DNA from: Lingula anatina
Lineage: Eukaryota > Animalia > Brachiopoda
DNA length: 64,000 bases
Assembly (NCBI GenBank): GCA_051362555.1
Contig: CM120642.1
Span: forward strand, 32,364,001 to 32,428,000
Reading direction: 5' to 3'
Below are positions 12,236 to 25,832 of the stretch, piece after piece (position 1 is the stretch's first letter; the number at the start of each line of letters is the position of its first letter). The translations under genes and the position numbers were made by a program. The notes beneath the pieces are model-generated. The model did no database searches and was not told where the DNA came from. It saw only the letters and a list, made by a program, of their open reading frames with translations.

Positions 12236-15200
12236 CATGTGAACACACAGTACATGTGATTGTCTATCTTATCTGCTGTGACAAGTGAACTATAGAAGTA
12301 AAAGAGTGACTTGAATTACACATACTGTGATGTGAACATTTGCAGGCACATCTTCTAACTATTGTGATGTGAATCAAGGTTGAATACAGATTGTATGTTT
12401 TATCAGTTCACACTGGGTGAGTTCACAGTGAAACTATTGTACTCGGTAGTTCAAATTAACTCCATGGAGACTTTTGCTGAATGCAATCAGATTAAAAAGA
12501 TTAGCACGCCTCCTCTTGTTTTCAGTATACATGTATAATCAGCTCTAATCTACTCAAGGCCAGGAGGAGGTGTGTTCATCTGTTAATCTGGCTGCATTCA
12601 GCAAGAGTCCATGGGAAGTTAGTTCCAACTACCTATTACGATAGTTTCACTGTGAATGCACTCATTGGCTTACCTCATTTCATAATCTTTACTGATAATT
12701 TCAGCCAGTGTTTCCATTGGAGGAAACAACACATGGTTTATGACATGGATAACACCATTCCCAGCCTCTTTATCCTGTTTGATCATGCAAGAACCCTCTA
12801 CAACCACACCCTACAGAATAAGGTTTTATGTCTACAAATGCAAGAATGAAGAATGAAGCCAAATATACATAACCACGTTCTATAGAATGTGGCAAAATCT
12901 AGCTCTGTTGTCACATCCCATAGAATGGGGCAAAATCCCCACTGCCACACTGTATACGAAGAACAAGGCAAAAATCTCTACAACCAAAGCCTATAGAGTA
13001 TAGAATAGGGAAAATCTTGACAAGCTTCTCACAATTTTCCTGGGAGAATAATTTCATTCCATGCACCTCGGAGTAAAGGCCAATATTTGCGAATATCTTT
13101 CAGCTTCGTGCTTAACAAAAAGACACCTACAATCATGCATTTATGGATGATCATGAGAAAAATGTCACTTCTTGTTGTTATTTAAAGATGTTCAATCTGC
13201 AACCTGTGGCTGTGTTCATAAATAAGATATTTGTGCAAGTGAATTAATTGTCTGTTAACATGTAAAATGATCTGGCAGATTGCTAAAAAGTGACTACAGT
13301 GAAAACTGCTTTACAAAAATACATATAGCCATGCATAATTTAACATTTCAGTCTTTCTCTGAAGCAATAACAAAATCAGTATGCATCTGAGTTACAAAAC
13401 CATTTTTAAGGTTAAAATACTTCTTTTTAAACTGAAATGACCAAATAGTAGTTCATAATTGTTAAAAGCAACTCATGCAGTTTCTGGTGAGTTTTTGTTG
13501 CCATTCACTGTGAAAACAAGGAAATATTCAGACAGGTTCCTCACAAAAACACATTACGAGACTGTGAGCACATAGTCATCGCAGCAATTAATCAAAAATT
13601 TCAAAAACACCAACTTTTTGCAATACATCTTGTTCCCAAGATTTATTGTTTGTTTTACTGCCAAAAACATACTTCCTGATTCATGTAAGAAACCAGCATG
13701 ACTATTTCAATAGTTTTATTAATCTTTGCCAGATATTGAAAATAAGATTGACAATATGTCAAACACACCAGTTTCTTACAATTCATTAATTTCCCCAAAA
13801 CATATGATTTTATTCTAATAACCAAAGCATACTTCCTGATAGGAATACAACTTGACTTCACAAACTTTTCATTAATCATGTAATATTTTCCAGATTTTGC
13901 ACAAAAAAATCAGAGAATGTCATACATCAATCCTGTTTGAAATTTTGTGTAAAATTACTGCAGGGTTTCAGTGACATTTTGAGATATACAATTCATTCCT
14001 CGTGAGACCGTACCTCAAACACTCATCTTCAGTCATGATCTCATCCAGAGTTTGTTCTGGAGGGAATATCACACGGTCAATTATGTGGATAACCCCATTG
14101 GCTGCCTCAAAGTCTCCCTTTTCAATACTGGAGGCCTCTATACTGGGTTGCTAGGGTTACAAGCATAATACTAAGCAAAGCTGTTGTTTAACATCTGTAA
14201 ATTATACAAATTACTCTGAACTGTTAATGCCTTTAAAAAGTTAAAATTCAACCAAAAGTGTTAATGGCCTGAACTGATCATTTGATGTACTTATAAGAAA
14301 GCAGAGCCTTTAGTTGTTTAAGTAAATAAAAAGATGGTTAACAGTATAACAGGAGAAAATAATAATTAGGTGTACACACATACAAATATTTATATTAGTT
14401 AATGTGCAAAATAAAACATGTATAAAAGTGGTTAGCACATGCAAAACAAACCACTTCAATCCCTACAATTTTGTATTTCATAATAAATCAAGAAATTACT
14501 TGAAAATGTTGAAAAGATGGATAATTTATTATAAAGATGATGAAATATTTCTGATGAAGGAAACAGAAAATGCAATAAAAAAAAATGAAAAAGTGACAAA
14601 CTGTGTACCAGATTCTCTTTTAACCTATACCCCAGTATCTGCAAACATATACAAAGATAAGTAATAAAGTAATGTGTAAAGAAGAAAAACGACATCTTGA
14701 AGTTTCTATGACTATCACTGTGAACACTATGAAAGTGAAAAACTAAGATCACAAAATCAGGATGACAAATACAAACTGTGACAATATTGTGAAAAGCCCA
14801 AGGGATTGTGAAAACTTCTCATCCTTTTCAGATAAGCTCTTTTCACACCAAAGATGGACTTAAATAATAATTAGGGTCAGGAGAAGGACATTTAATACCA
14901 ATCCCCCATCCCATCTCTACTTGTGAAGATATTAAAAAAAAAAACATTGTGCAATTTGGGACACATTGCAAATTGTGGTGATGAGAAGAGACATAGGCCG
15001 CATTCTCAACGAATTGAGCCAGGCTTTACAAATCCTGAGAACTAAAAATGGCGGACGTACATGAAAGAAAAAACGCCTAATCTTTTAATAGTCTCTCCGC
15101 CTCTCACACGCCTCCCCACACGTCGTCCCTGCGGGGTACAGTAATTAAATCTCTGCTCCGTTCGCCTTGCGGAAGCTACCTGAGAAATATTAAGTGCGCA

Positions 15201-16415
15201 TGCTCATCAGTTAAACTCGTGGTGAAGAGAGCATGTCGGCTGAAGGCGATCGAAGGAAAAAAGCTCTTCTGTTCTATTATCTTTCAAAACAGAGACAAAA
15301 AAGAAATGAATTGGCCCGTAGAGCAGCAATGAATCGACTATCTACGGAAATAATATCACCAGAGATATTCACAGAGATATTCACAGAGATACCCAGCCCC
15401 AGTAGACGGAGCCGAGATTTAATTACTGTACCCCGCAGGGACGACGTGTGGGGAGGCGTGTGAGAGGTGGAGAGACTATTAAAAGATTAGGCGGTTTTTC
15501 TTTCATGTACGTCCGCCATTTTTAGTTCTCAGAATTTGTAAAGCTTGGCTCAATTAATTGAGAATGCAGCCATAGACAACCTGTCCTAACAGTATGTGCT
15601 GTAACTTACTGCTCTGTACACGTTGATCCTCAGTTTCCGTGGATACAACTTGGTGTCCACCGTGGTGTCATCCACCAGTTGATTGGACATGATCTTACCA
15701 AAACCAATGTGGAAATTCAGCACATTTCTCAAAAAGTCTTTATCTGAGTTTACTTTGGCACTTCTGTCTCTTCGCATTGCTGGGAAAGAATTGTGAGTTC
15801 CACTGTGTTAGTTGTACTGGTTGCAATCAACAGATTGTGAGTCCAAATCTTCTCTACCACATTTGGAGACTAGATCACTTTTGCTCTATCACACTACTGT
15901 AAACCTGAGATATTGTGCGTTTACATATATAGTTTCTAACACTGACAAACTTTATTTGAACATATCAGCAGAAAGCACATTTTACCCTCTCTACAATTTT
16001 AATTGCCAGGTAAAAATACAGGTAGAGACTTGAAATACAGGTTAAATTACACATTTCTGCCATTAAAATACCAAAACTGTTGGGGTTAACTTATATGGAA
16101 ATCAATGAAAACAAAACTACTGATTAAAAAAAAAATCATTTCTCACCACTGAAAGCATAATCACTGGGTGCAAAGAGTGTATATGGGCCAGATGAATACT
16201 TGGCCAAATCTTTGTCCAATCCAGCTTGCTTGAGCAATTTCACAAATGTCTTTAACCCAAGTTCTTCTGCTCTATCAAGCAGGGTTTTAGCTGCAACCAA
16301 ATGATTTTCTTCTCAAGAATTTGTCTTCTTTAAAGATATATACAAATCAAATGTTCACTCTAAAGTGAAGAGAAAAGAAATGGCAAAGAATTTAAACATA
16401 TTGCAAGTGGACTTC

Positions 16416-16475
<60 letters not shown>

Positions 16476-19400
16476 GAAATTAAAAAAGGAGACACGCTGT
16501 TACATGTGGTAAAAGGATTATTCATTCTTACCTTCCACTGGCATCAGAACAGTATCAATCATGTGAACAACTCCATTAGACGCTATGATATCTGGTTCAA
16601 CTATTCTTGCCTTCAGTTTGTTAAGAGTGACGCCACTCCGGTCACAGTCTGCCTCCAGTTTTGAACCTGCTAGTGTTTTCAACGTCTGCTTGCGAGTAAT
16701 AAAGTTAGAGCAGATGGTACCTTTCACAACATGGTGCTGGAGAATTTCTGGAAAGAAAAAATTCAACCATATTAAACTTTTACAGGATACAGGCCCATAG
16801 GAACAGGCGGAGGTTCAAATTAGCCACACTTCTGGCTGGAAAAGGTCTGCTCAGATTCAAAGTTTTACCAGAGTTCTAAGCCTTTTCTCCAGCCGGTAAA
16901 AAGGTTTATTTCTTCAAAATGAAAAAAAAACCTTTATAGATGAAAAAAATGAGGGCTACAAGTCCAGCTTTTGTTTTTATTCTGCAGTGACAGCTTACAT
17001 ATATTAAAATAATCAAACACATCAAACAATCAATATGCTCAGCTTCTATAGACTCTTACAAAAGAAAATAGATGTCAAAACTGAAAAAAAAGTTCAGTGC
17101 AAACAAATGAAAACAGTAAGTAAATGTTTATTTGCTATCTTGTAAAACAATCTTTTTCCATCTCTCTAGCCATGCAATTTTAAAAAGACATAAGCTTACT
17201 AGTCAGCGCCTCTGTGTTAGCGAGGATATTAGTCAAGACCTCAGATGGGATCTTCTTGAAGGCATCCACGGTGGGGGCAAAGACGGTAAAGGGTCCATTT
17301 CTCATCAGGGGATCTGTCAGCCTGGTTCTGGCTATCAGGTCTTGGAGGGTCTGCAGGCGCTTGTCTTGGTAGATGATATTAGTGATGGTTTCTGGGTAAC
17401 GATCTAAAATCTTGTCGATAAGATGGATGATGCCATTGGTTGCAGGGATGTTGGGACGAGTTATCCTGGCACAATTGACAGTGGTGATCTGAATGGAACA
17501 AAAATGTCCAGCACTGAATCAATCCTTTGGTAATTGAAAATCTGTCCATGTGTCTTTATAAAAATTGAAGCCTTAAAATATATCAGCCTTACTTACTGGA
17601 CAAAACTTCAACTGTGAAACTAGTCCATGCTTTCATTACTTCTAAGCTTGATTATCGCATCAGTCTCTTATATGGTTTAGGCAAAAATCATCTGAACAAA
17701 CTTCAATTAATTCAAAAATCTGCAGCTAGGCTGGTAACTAAAATGGGATGGAACAGCCGAGAGCATATAACACCTGTTTTGATGGAACTTCACTGGCTTC
17801 CGGTTAGAGAGAGAATTTTATTTAAAATTTTATGTGTCATTTTTAAAGCAGTCACTGAGAATAAACCACTTTATATCTCAGAACTTATGAAGCAACATCA
17901 GCATGGAAGAGTTACCAGGTCTTCAACTTTAAGTCAATTTCTTTTAGAACACAGTGTCTTAGAGAAAAAAGCTGGTAAATTTTATGGTGAAAGGGCATTT
18001 ATGATATATGCACCCAAAGTTTGGAACACCTTACCCTCTGAAATACGAGCAGCAGGTGACATAGATACTTTTAAAAAGCTTTTGAAGACTCATATTTTTA
18101 GAATAGCCTTTCAGTAACTATCATATATTTAATTTTAGTTTTTAATAAGGTGTACTGTAATTTTATGATTAATTTTAAATGTTGTCACTTAAGTTTCTTA
18201 TCATTTTAGAATATGAAATAATTGGTTCTTTAAATTAGTTCTTAGTCCTTTAAAACTGTAATGTGTTCTTATACTAGTATTGTGTTATTTAGCTTTTTAA
18301 GTGAATGTTGTAAGGCGCATTGAGATTTTTAATGGAATGCGCCATAGAAAAATAAATTATTATTATTATTATTATTATTATTCATTACCTTTCAAATTCA
18401 TTACAACTGAATCACATTCCCAATCTGGATGCACCAATGAGCCTGATTTAAATTTTCATAAATGTACACCATGCTGTATGTTTCAACCCTTGTATCAGTC
18501 TCACTGAAAGTACATGCAATTCACTGTTCTTAATTTGATGTATCTATTGCTATCGATTAGACTTAAAGCAGGAAAAGCTCTGAACATTTGACGCTTTTCC
18601 GATTAGTTGTTTGAGAAATATTTTCCAAATCCCTGATGGAGGATTGTTGGCCACTCAGCACATGCTCACACTCACTCCAGTTTCCTTGTTGTTGACGACC
18701 ACCTTTCCAGGAATTGCCAGTGTCTCCAGTTCAAGTTCATCATCAAAGTCTTTCAGCTCTACCCCATTCTTTACGACATGGTACTGGAAACCTGGGTGGA
18801 AAATGTTAAATTTCTCATTATCTACTCAATTTGTACTTCAATCAAAATATTAATTCAGGCTGATAACAGTTTTGATGTAAAAGTTATATTAAAAGATTAT
18901 ATTTTACTTACAGTAGTTCATTTTTATCATTTTTTATGGTCACACACAAGCATAATTTGATATTTTATTTTTCTACAAGTCAAAGACCCAATGTCTCATT
19001 TAATCTTGTACAATGAATTTTTTTCAAATTTCATCTATAACTATTTCTTTAATCTGCATATCGTATGACTGTAAAATAAGTATATCATGAGTAATCATAC
19101 CCACATATCGATATTTCAAGTTGGCAGCAAAGTCTAAAACCAATGATCAGTACATGTAAAAGATCAGAAACTGATTAAACCAAAAACTTCAAATATTTGA
19201 TGCACATATAATAATCGTTAGGACAAGGTGACAGATATGCCACACCTTGACTGGTCCTAAGCCTTCTTCTGAGGTCTTTACTGGTCTTGTTGAAGACCTC
19301 ATTCACTGGGGCAAATAAAGTGTATGGTCCAGTGCGGGATAGTGTATACTGGACACCAGAATACCTGGCAGCATTGAGGAACTCTGTGGCACCAACATCA

Positions 19401-22400
19401 GCAAGTGTTTCCATCAAGTCTTTGAGGGGGGTGGCTGAAGTACACAAGGAAAACAGAAGTAATTCATAATAAATTCTTATTTTCTTCATCACTTCATTAA
19501 TCATCTTACAATCTATACATCTTATTCAAAATACCAGGGCTATCAACTGCAAATTTGCTTTTTTGATTTTCAAACCAACTGTTACATAAAGTTGAATAAC
19601 ATGCACACACACACGCACACACACACGCGTGCACACACACACACACACACATACACACACACACACAGAGAGAGAGAGAGTCAAATACTGACATTTCATT
19701 CAAAGTTTACCTTTTGAGCACCCTGGGTAGCCAGGAATTTTTTCATAGCCAATACAACAGTCATACTCTTTGTATCTGAAAATATGAAAAGGTGGAACAT
19801 TGTTTATTTGTGTTAAAGTATGTAATTGGGTACATGTATATGACATAAAGTTAATGTCAAAGATATGTTACTTTGCTTGGACAACTAGTAAACACAGATA
19901 TTTTGGTAAGCCCTTGAAGACACATAATAAAGGAAATTAGTAATAGATTTTCTTCTATATGCAAGTTTATCTAGAAATTGGATAAAAGGATAGAAAAGGC
20001 AAGGTTGGCAGTGAGCAATAAGATAAAGTATTCAATGCAATCAAAATCTATAAAAATTTTTAAAAATAAAAATATTTCAAACTAATAATTTAACATTTTT
20101 ATCTTGAAAGATGTGGGAAAAGTATTTCACATTTAATTTGTCACTGATTTATCTCAACTAGCTGTTTGAAGAGGGCTAACCTATTTGAGTAAAACTTTGG
20201 ATCAAATGAAAATTGCTAATATTTGTATACACGCCAAATGTACGTTGTACCAGTACTCGTATACATTGATATCTAATCAGTTGATTTTCACATTAAAAAC
20301 ATCTGATATTTCTGCATGTGCCCAAATTTTAAGCCAGTTTTTACCTGACATCTTACCCAAGCAGTCTTGAAGGAATGTGGTGGAGGGGGGGTGGGGGGTG
20401 GGGTGGGGGGGGGGGGGGGAGGACAGGTTTGAAAAAACCACCCATTTGGGAAAAGAATCACTCTGTTACAAAATTCTGTCTAGCTTCTACGATAACACAG
20501 GTATTTCACGGTAAAAAGGTTGACTTTTTCAGGAGAAACGGCTTTGCTATTGCTGGCTACAGGCCTGCTAAGTAAGTTGCATGTCTAAGCATACAGTGGG
20601 TATCACATGCTGCAACAGGTACTTGTTATTTACCCAATAAACAAGGTACATGATTACCGTCAACTGGCATTTCATCAAGCAATTTCAGCTACATAGTTAG
20701 GTTTCTTTTTTTCAAAACCATCTACTAGCTATACTGCCCGGTAAGCAGCAAAAATTACTGTTAAGATCACCTGTCTTAAATCTAACTTCTGATCATTACT
20801 GGGATTACTTCAACTCTACCAAATTTTTAGCACGTTATTACGACAAAAATTCAGTTCTTTTTTATAAAAAGAAATTGGATTTGCATTTGCTTCTTTGAAG
20901 TCAGGGAAATAAATAAATTCACTATTTGATTACATTTTCCTTCAAACATTTGCTATATTAGTATTTGAGCCAACAAGTCTTGTTCAGTCGCATTTACAAA
21001 ATACAGCTGCACTGGGGGTCTCCACATTGACAAAATCTGACTTCTAAGCCAAAAAGAAGAACTTTTCTATACTTTTCACAAGTTTCTAAGTACATATAAA
21101 ATCTCTGTACATTTGTATTCAACAAATACAGAACTGATGAAATAAGAACAAAAAGTAGTAGGAATTTCACACAATTTTGTTCCAGTTTTTTTTTGTTTGT
21201 TTTGTTTTGTTTTTTTTTATTTAGTTTGTTTTGGTTTTCTTAATCACTGACAAGAAGAGTTGACTTAATTAGAAAAGGAAACCTATAACAGGATCAATCA
21301 ATTAACAATGTTGTGCAACCTCCCCGGGACACATCCTGACAAATATACAAACACAGCGTCTCTTCCGTCTCTTCCGGAACCCTCCAGCATTGCCTTACAT
21401 GCACTCTTATTACAGGGTCTAGACTCTACGTCAGAGTATAACACGTGCAATTTACCAAAGACAGTCCAAGTAGTCTGAGGATTTCTAGAAAGGTAAAACT
21501 GCAGTAACATTTTCATAAACTATTGTACTTGTTTGGTTAATGAAGCCATTGTCAAATTTTCAATTCTTGTGAACTTAACTTCTTAATCAATTACAAAAGA
21601 TGGAAATAAAAATGAGAAATTAATTACTACATCATCAAGTGACCCAAAACAAACTGCCTAGTTAATAGTGTATCACAATTACAGCTGCAGCACTTAAATT
21701 AAGGACATCAAAAAGCATTTCCCACTTAGTTGTAATAGATGAAAAAATAAACATCCACAGCTTGTCTGAAGGAAATACCCACTGGCACTGAAAAAAATCA
21801 ACAACATCAATTCAAAGAGGAACACAAAGTTTACACAGGGATGATGAATCTGAACAAATTTGAAACAAACCATTTTCAAATCGTTAAGTCATGAAATTTG
21901 GAAGAAACATGCTGCAATACTACGAAAAAGTCCATCTCTCTGGTGAAAATATGTTCCAATTATAGTTTGGTTTTGGTGGAATGCAGAACATGGTGCATAA
22001 TTTCAAGGTTAACCACATTTGTTTGGATGGTTAAACAAAACAAACATACATTGAAGCACTTGTCTAGATTTCCAATAAAATCAGAAAGCTCTTCCGTATT
22101 GCCATCAGTCATTTTCCTTGCACTTTCGCTGAGTTTTAAATGTTGTCCTTTCAATTACTTCTTTGAAATTAAACATAACAGAACATTTGGTGGTCCTATC
22201 AGGACATTTTGTTAGCTTTTTAAAGCTTAATTTTGGCTGCTCTTATCACTGTTTGGCATACCACACATCACTGAAAACAGTAATGGTGTAACCCCCCTGC
22301 TCATTTCAATAGAAAAAATATATGATAAGTACAACTGCAAAGAAGATTAGTCTCAAAAATGTACATTTTTAAGATTTAAGTGTTTGAAAATGGCACTAAA

Positions 22401-24642
22401 TAGAGTGATGGACAATAACAAATAACAAACTGTTTTGGTGTCAGGTAAATTATCATTTTTCTTCTTAGTCAATGTCCCATGAACTGTTCCACTGCAGGCA
22501 AAGGAGTCGCATTTTTGAGTCAAAATTATCCATTAAGCCTTGTACCTAACCATGCAAACTTATATGGCATATCCCCCATATTAAACATTTTAATTTCATT
22601 CAGGTCTTAAAAGAAATTGAACATTTAAATGATACGAAAGGCTCAAAACAGCAAAATAATGAGATGAATGTCATTCAACTCCCTGCCCCACCCCTTCTCA
22701 TGGAATACGACAATCTGCTGCTTTGATTTTGATAAAAAATTAATTATCATTTAACTTTGATTGCCTTCTTGCTATACATTTCAAGCACCTACTGCAGTAA
22801 GTATCTTTCCTTCTTTTTACTCATTAAATTTTGTACTTGAAAGTGGAATTTAAATTGAGTGGGAAACCTCATTCAGTTAATTTGACTTTGGATAAAAACA
22901 TGAGACTAGGATTCCCAGATGGCCTTGGCAGGTGCTTGGTATATCATTATTTTCAGTTTAGAATTGTTGCCCATGCTCCAGTAATGATCTGTAATCACAA
23001 TGCCTTTGATATAGCATGTCTACTGGCAAAAACAAGTTTGCATACATTGTAATAGATTTTCACAAAGCCAGCTGTAATTAAGGAAATTTGAGACCCAGAA
23101 AAAGAAGTACACCTATTTCTTTCCCTTGCAAGCGTAGGTTTTATTTCAATGAATTAAACAACACAGAAAACTGTTCTTTGCTGTTGGTGTTGAACAATGG
23201 CCAAAAAGAAAAATTCAACCTCATACCTACGCTCAGACCTTCTGGAGGTGAAAAAAGTTGTCTAAAACAGATGGTTCTGATGGCGTTATTTTCTTTTAAA
23301 CAAGAACAATTTTTCTAGCATAATTCCTCTAACCTTATATTCGTTGGGTAACTCCCTACCCTTTTCATGTCTTATTATTTAATTTACTTCATGTAGGTGT
23401 AGCTTGGATGTGATGCAATCTTTGTGAGCATGTCAAAAAATAGGATTTAAAAAAACTTGAGTAAAATGCTTATCACTGACTGCTGTACATCCACACTGTA
23501 TTACGACATGCATATTGAGATATCATGCATCTTGATGAGATTTATTCAAATGTTCATTTAAGTCTTTGTCTTAAAAAATTATAGTTTAAATCAAAACAAT
23601 TTAAAAAAATGAAATTCCAAAAGTATAAGTACTAAGACACTGTTTATCAAAATACCAGTAATAAAGTAAAGCCAAATGAAATAGATAATATTGATATTGT
23701 GTCTATCAATATGCTTATTTAGAGTAGGTGAACTCATATGTTCAGGGTACATAACCCATCTTTATTCTGTTTTATTCTATAAAATTCTATACAACTAAAA
23801 AAACATGAAGGGTGTGTGCCTTAAAAAATTGCATTAGGTGAAGTTACACTTGTTATGGAAATTTTGGTTGTATGGTGCCAAGACATGCAACCATATACCA
23901 GTAAATCTGCCACTGTTTAATATACACAATGTTTGTAGATGTAAGTTTCAGTGTTTTCTTACTTAGTTGATTGTGCTATTAAAGATCATTAAAGGCAAGG
24001 CTGCATACCAGTGATTTCTAATATCAACTTAAACTTTCTAGTATGACAACTTATGGGAGTGTTTGTTTGATTTTTGGCATCTTAAAATTTTCTTACTAAA
24101 AATTAAGGAGACTAAAAAAAAATATACCTAGTTAAATTGGTAATCTTACCTGTATTTTTCCTGTTAGCATTTTACCTATATATTATACTCAAATATATTA
24201 AAACTACTTTCTAAAGTAGTGATGCCAATCTATTTTAAAGCAGACTTTTTAACCAATTTAAAATAAAATCCTGAAATTTGTGGTATTTCTTTAGAAACAC
24301 ATAAAGAACAAAAGTAAAATTTGAATCCCCCTCCCCCCCCCCCCCCAAAAAAAAAAAAAGAAAAAAAAAAAGCTGCTTTAACACTCAACAAAAGGCTTTT
24401 AGGAACATTAAATCTATGGATAATAATAATAATAATAAAAATGGGAAAACTATTAACACTTTTTTAATTCCTCAGAATTTTTTAATATCTTACCATTAAG
24501 CACATAATATTTGCAGAAAAAAAAGAATGGTTGTGATCCAGCAAATTATGCACTTTTCATTCATTCAAAACAAAAAAAGACCAAGGAGTGAATGTGTTCA
24601 GATACTTTTAAACAAGAATTAAAACTATAATACTAACCCCCT

Positions 24643-24687
<45 letters not shown>

Positions 24688-25718
24688 CATGCACATACGC
24701 ATGTGCATCAATTAAGCAATTCATCAAGAGGCATCCTATGCAACTTCTGCTCCAAATTAGATGGTTCCTCAAACTTATCTTAAGTTGTCACAATTTTTCT
24801 CATTTAACAGCATTCACAGGTTTGTGACACAGACAGACTGATTACAGAGACCTTTTACAGAGATCCTGCCATGTGAGTTAAATATCTCTCCTCACTGCCA
24901 CGTGTTAAGGTCTTCGTGTGTGTAAAGATTAATTGAAATTGAATAGTGCTAAGGTCACAACTGATTTTTAAATGGATTTTTGCACTCACAGGTTTCACTG
25001 CTTTTTTTCCCCTTTCCAAAACTGATGAATCCATATCATAAAACTTTGGGAAAAAAAAATATCCAAAATGCGATCGAACATGTGTTTAAATGGGAGTATT
25101 TCATGCCCGCCAACAGTTTGTCTACTTAACCTTACACATAAAAAGGAGATTACTTACGGCCTTTGACCACAAATATCTTGGGAAGTATACCGCACAGTTC
25201 TTGATTCAGTGTATATCTTTTTTGATCCAACCCTTTGCACAGAACAAACATTGGGCCTGGAAGAACAGGTAGATTACATGTAGATATATGGTTTATTGTT
25301 ATACAATGTCATACTTCTGTAAAAATACAGAGACAGTTGTAACAGCAAGTTATCACCATTTCTAATTTTTAGTGTGTTATTTTAAAAATCTGATTCACTG
25401 CTGATAAGATAATTCACCTTTCGTTATTAATTCATAATTCATATTTTAAAAGGTATAATTTGAAAATAAGAAGAAAAGAATCCAACTGCAAAAAAAAGTT
25501 TTATAACATTTTTTAACATAATTAATTTGATGATTCAAAATATAAGAGAAAATTTTGATTTAAAATGAAAGCCGAAAAAATCATCAAAATGTCCATATTA
25601 ATTTTACTTACCCACTTAACGTATAGCTCTGTGTATTGTAATAGCTGCGACGGTAAGAGTAATACTGCCCATATATCTGTGTGAATAACATCAGCTCTAA
25701 AAACACTAAAATCTTCAT
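11429..25718 (-). CDS. TGFBI: TGFBI/periostin-like fasciclin extracellular matrix protein (signal peptide + EMI-like + 4 FAS1), 629 aa, 12 exons
   Basis: Exons 25718-25612, 25256-25158, 19775-19711, 19434-19246, 18791-18676, 17488-17200, 16747-16532, 16290-16147, 15779-15610, 14150-14014, 12108-11964, 11641-11429; all GT-AG and in phase (1890 nt). Motifs GPNVCSVQ, YDCCIGYEKIPGYPGC, YTLFAP/FTVFAP, TVNCAR, and ATNGIIHLIDKIL-type H2 motif four times. Symbol denotes the TGFBI/POSTN family, not strict orthology. Confidence 0.93.
12197..12230. repeat. (CA)n microsatellite; others at ~24646-24684, 27010-27048, 19605-19680
   Basis: Direct reading. Confidence 0.95.
12415..12664. mobile_element. Degenerate palindromic MITE (~115-bp arms) in the last-but-one intron of the FAS1 gene
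   Basis: ttcacagtgaaactattgta / tacgatagtttcactgtgaa, ttgctgaatgca / tgcattcagcaa and cacgcctcct / aggaggtgtg are nested inverted pairs. Confidence 0.7.
12790..13020. repeat. Degenerate ~35-40 bp minisatellite
   Basis: Recurrent (c)cac...tatagaat.gggcaaaatc unit, about 5 copies. Confidence 0.5.
14996..15571. mobile_element. Young non-autonomous DNA transposon (Harbinger-like) with ~165-bp near-perfect TIRs
   Basis: ggccgcattctcaa...gtacagtaattaaatct (14996-~15160) is the reverse complement of ~15405-15571; 3-bp TSD ATA; CpG-rich relative to the flanks. Confidence 0.85.
16416..16473. repeat. (AAT)n microsatellite; also (AAC)n(AAT)n at ~37547-37606
   Basis: Direct reading. Confidence 0.95.
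17570..18382 (+). mobile_element. 5'-truncated L2/CR1-clade LINE (ORF2 C-terminus, 3' UTR and (TAT)n tail), antisense in FAS1-gene intron 5
   Basis: ORF 17614-18117 has LVHAFITSKLDY, LQLIQKSAARLV, HITPVLMELHWLPV, GERAF..APKVWNTLP, FKKLLKTH. 3' stem ggcgcatt/aatgcgcc at ~18313-18343 followed by (TAT)n. Confidence 0.9.
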
Positions 25719-25825
25719 TGTCCTGGATGCTGTAATCTTGTCCAATTTGTCAAATATTCCTCACTCTTCTGAACCACCCTATCCAAAGGAGCTTTCAGAA
25801 TGAAAATCAAATGCTGAAAATTGCC

Positions 25826-25832
25826 TTTTATA
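25826..25832 (-). promoter_or_regulatory. TATA box of the TGFBI/periostin-like gene
   Basis: TATAAAAGG on the minus strand ~110 bp upstream of ATG 25718. Confidence 0.6.
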
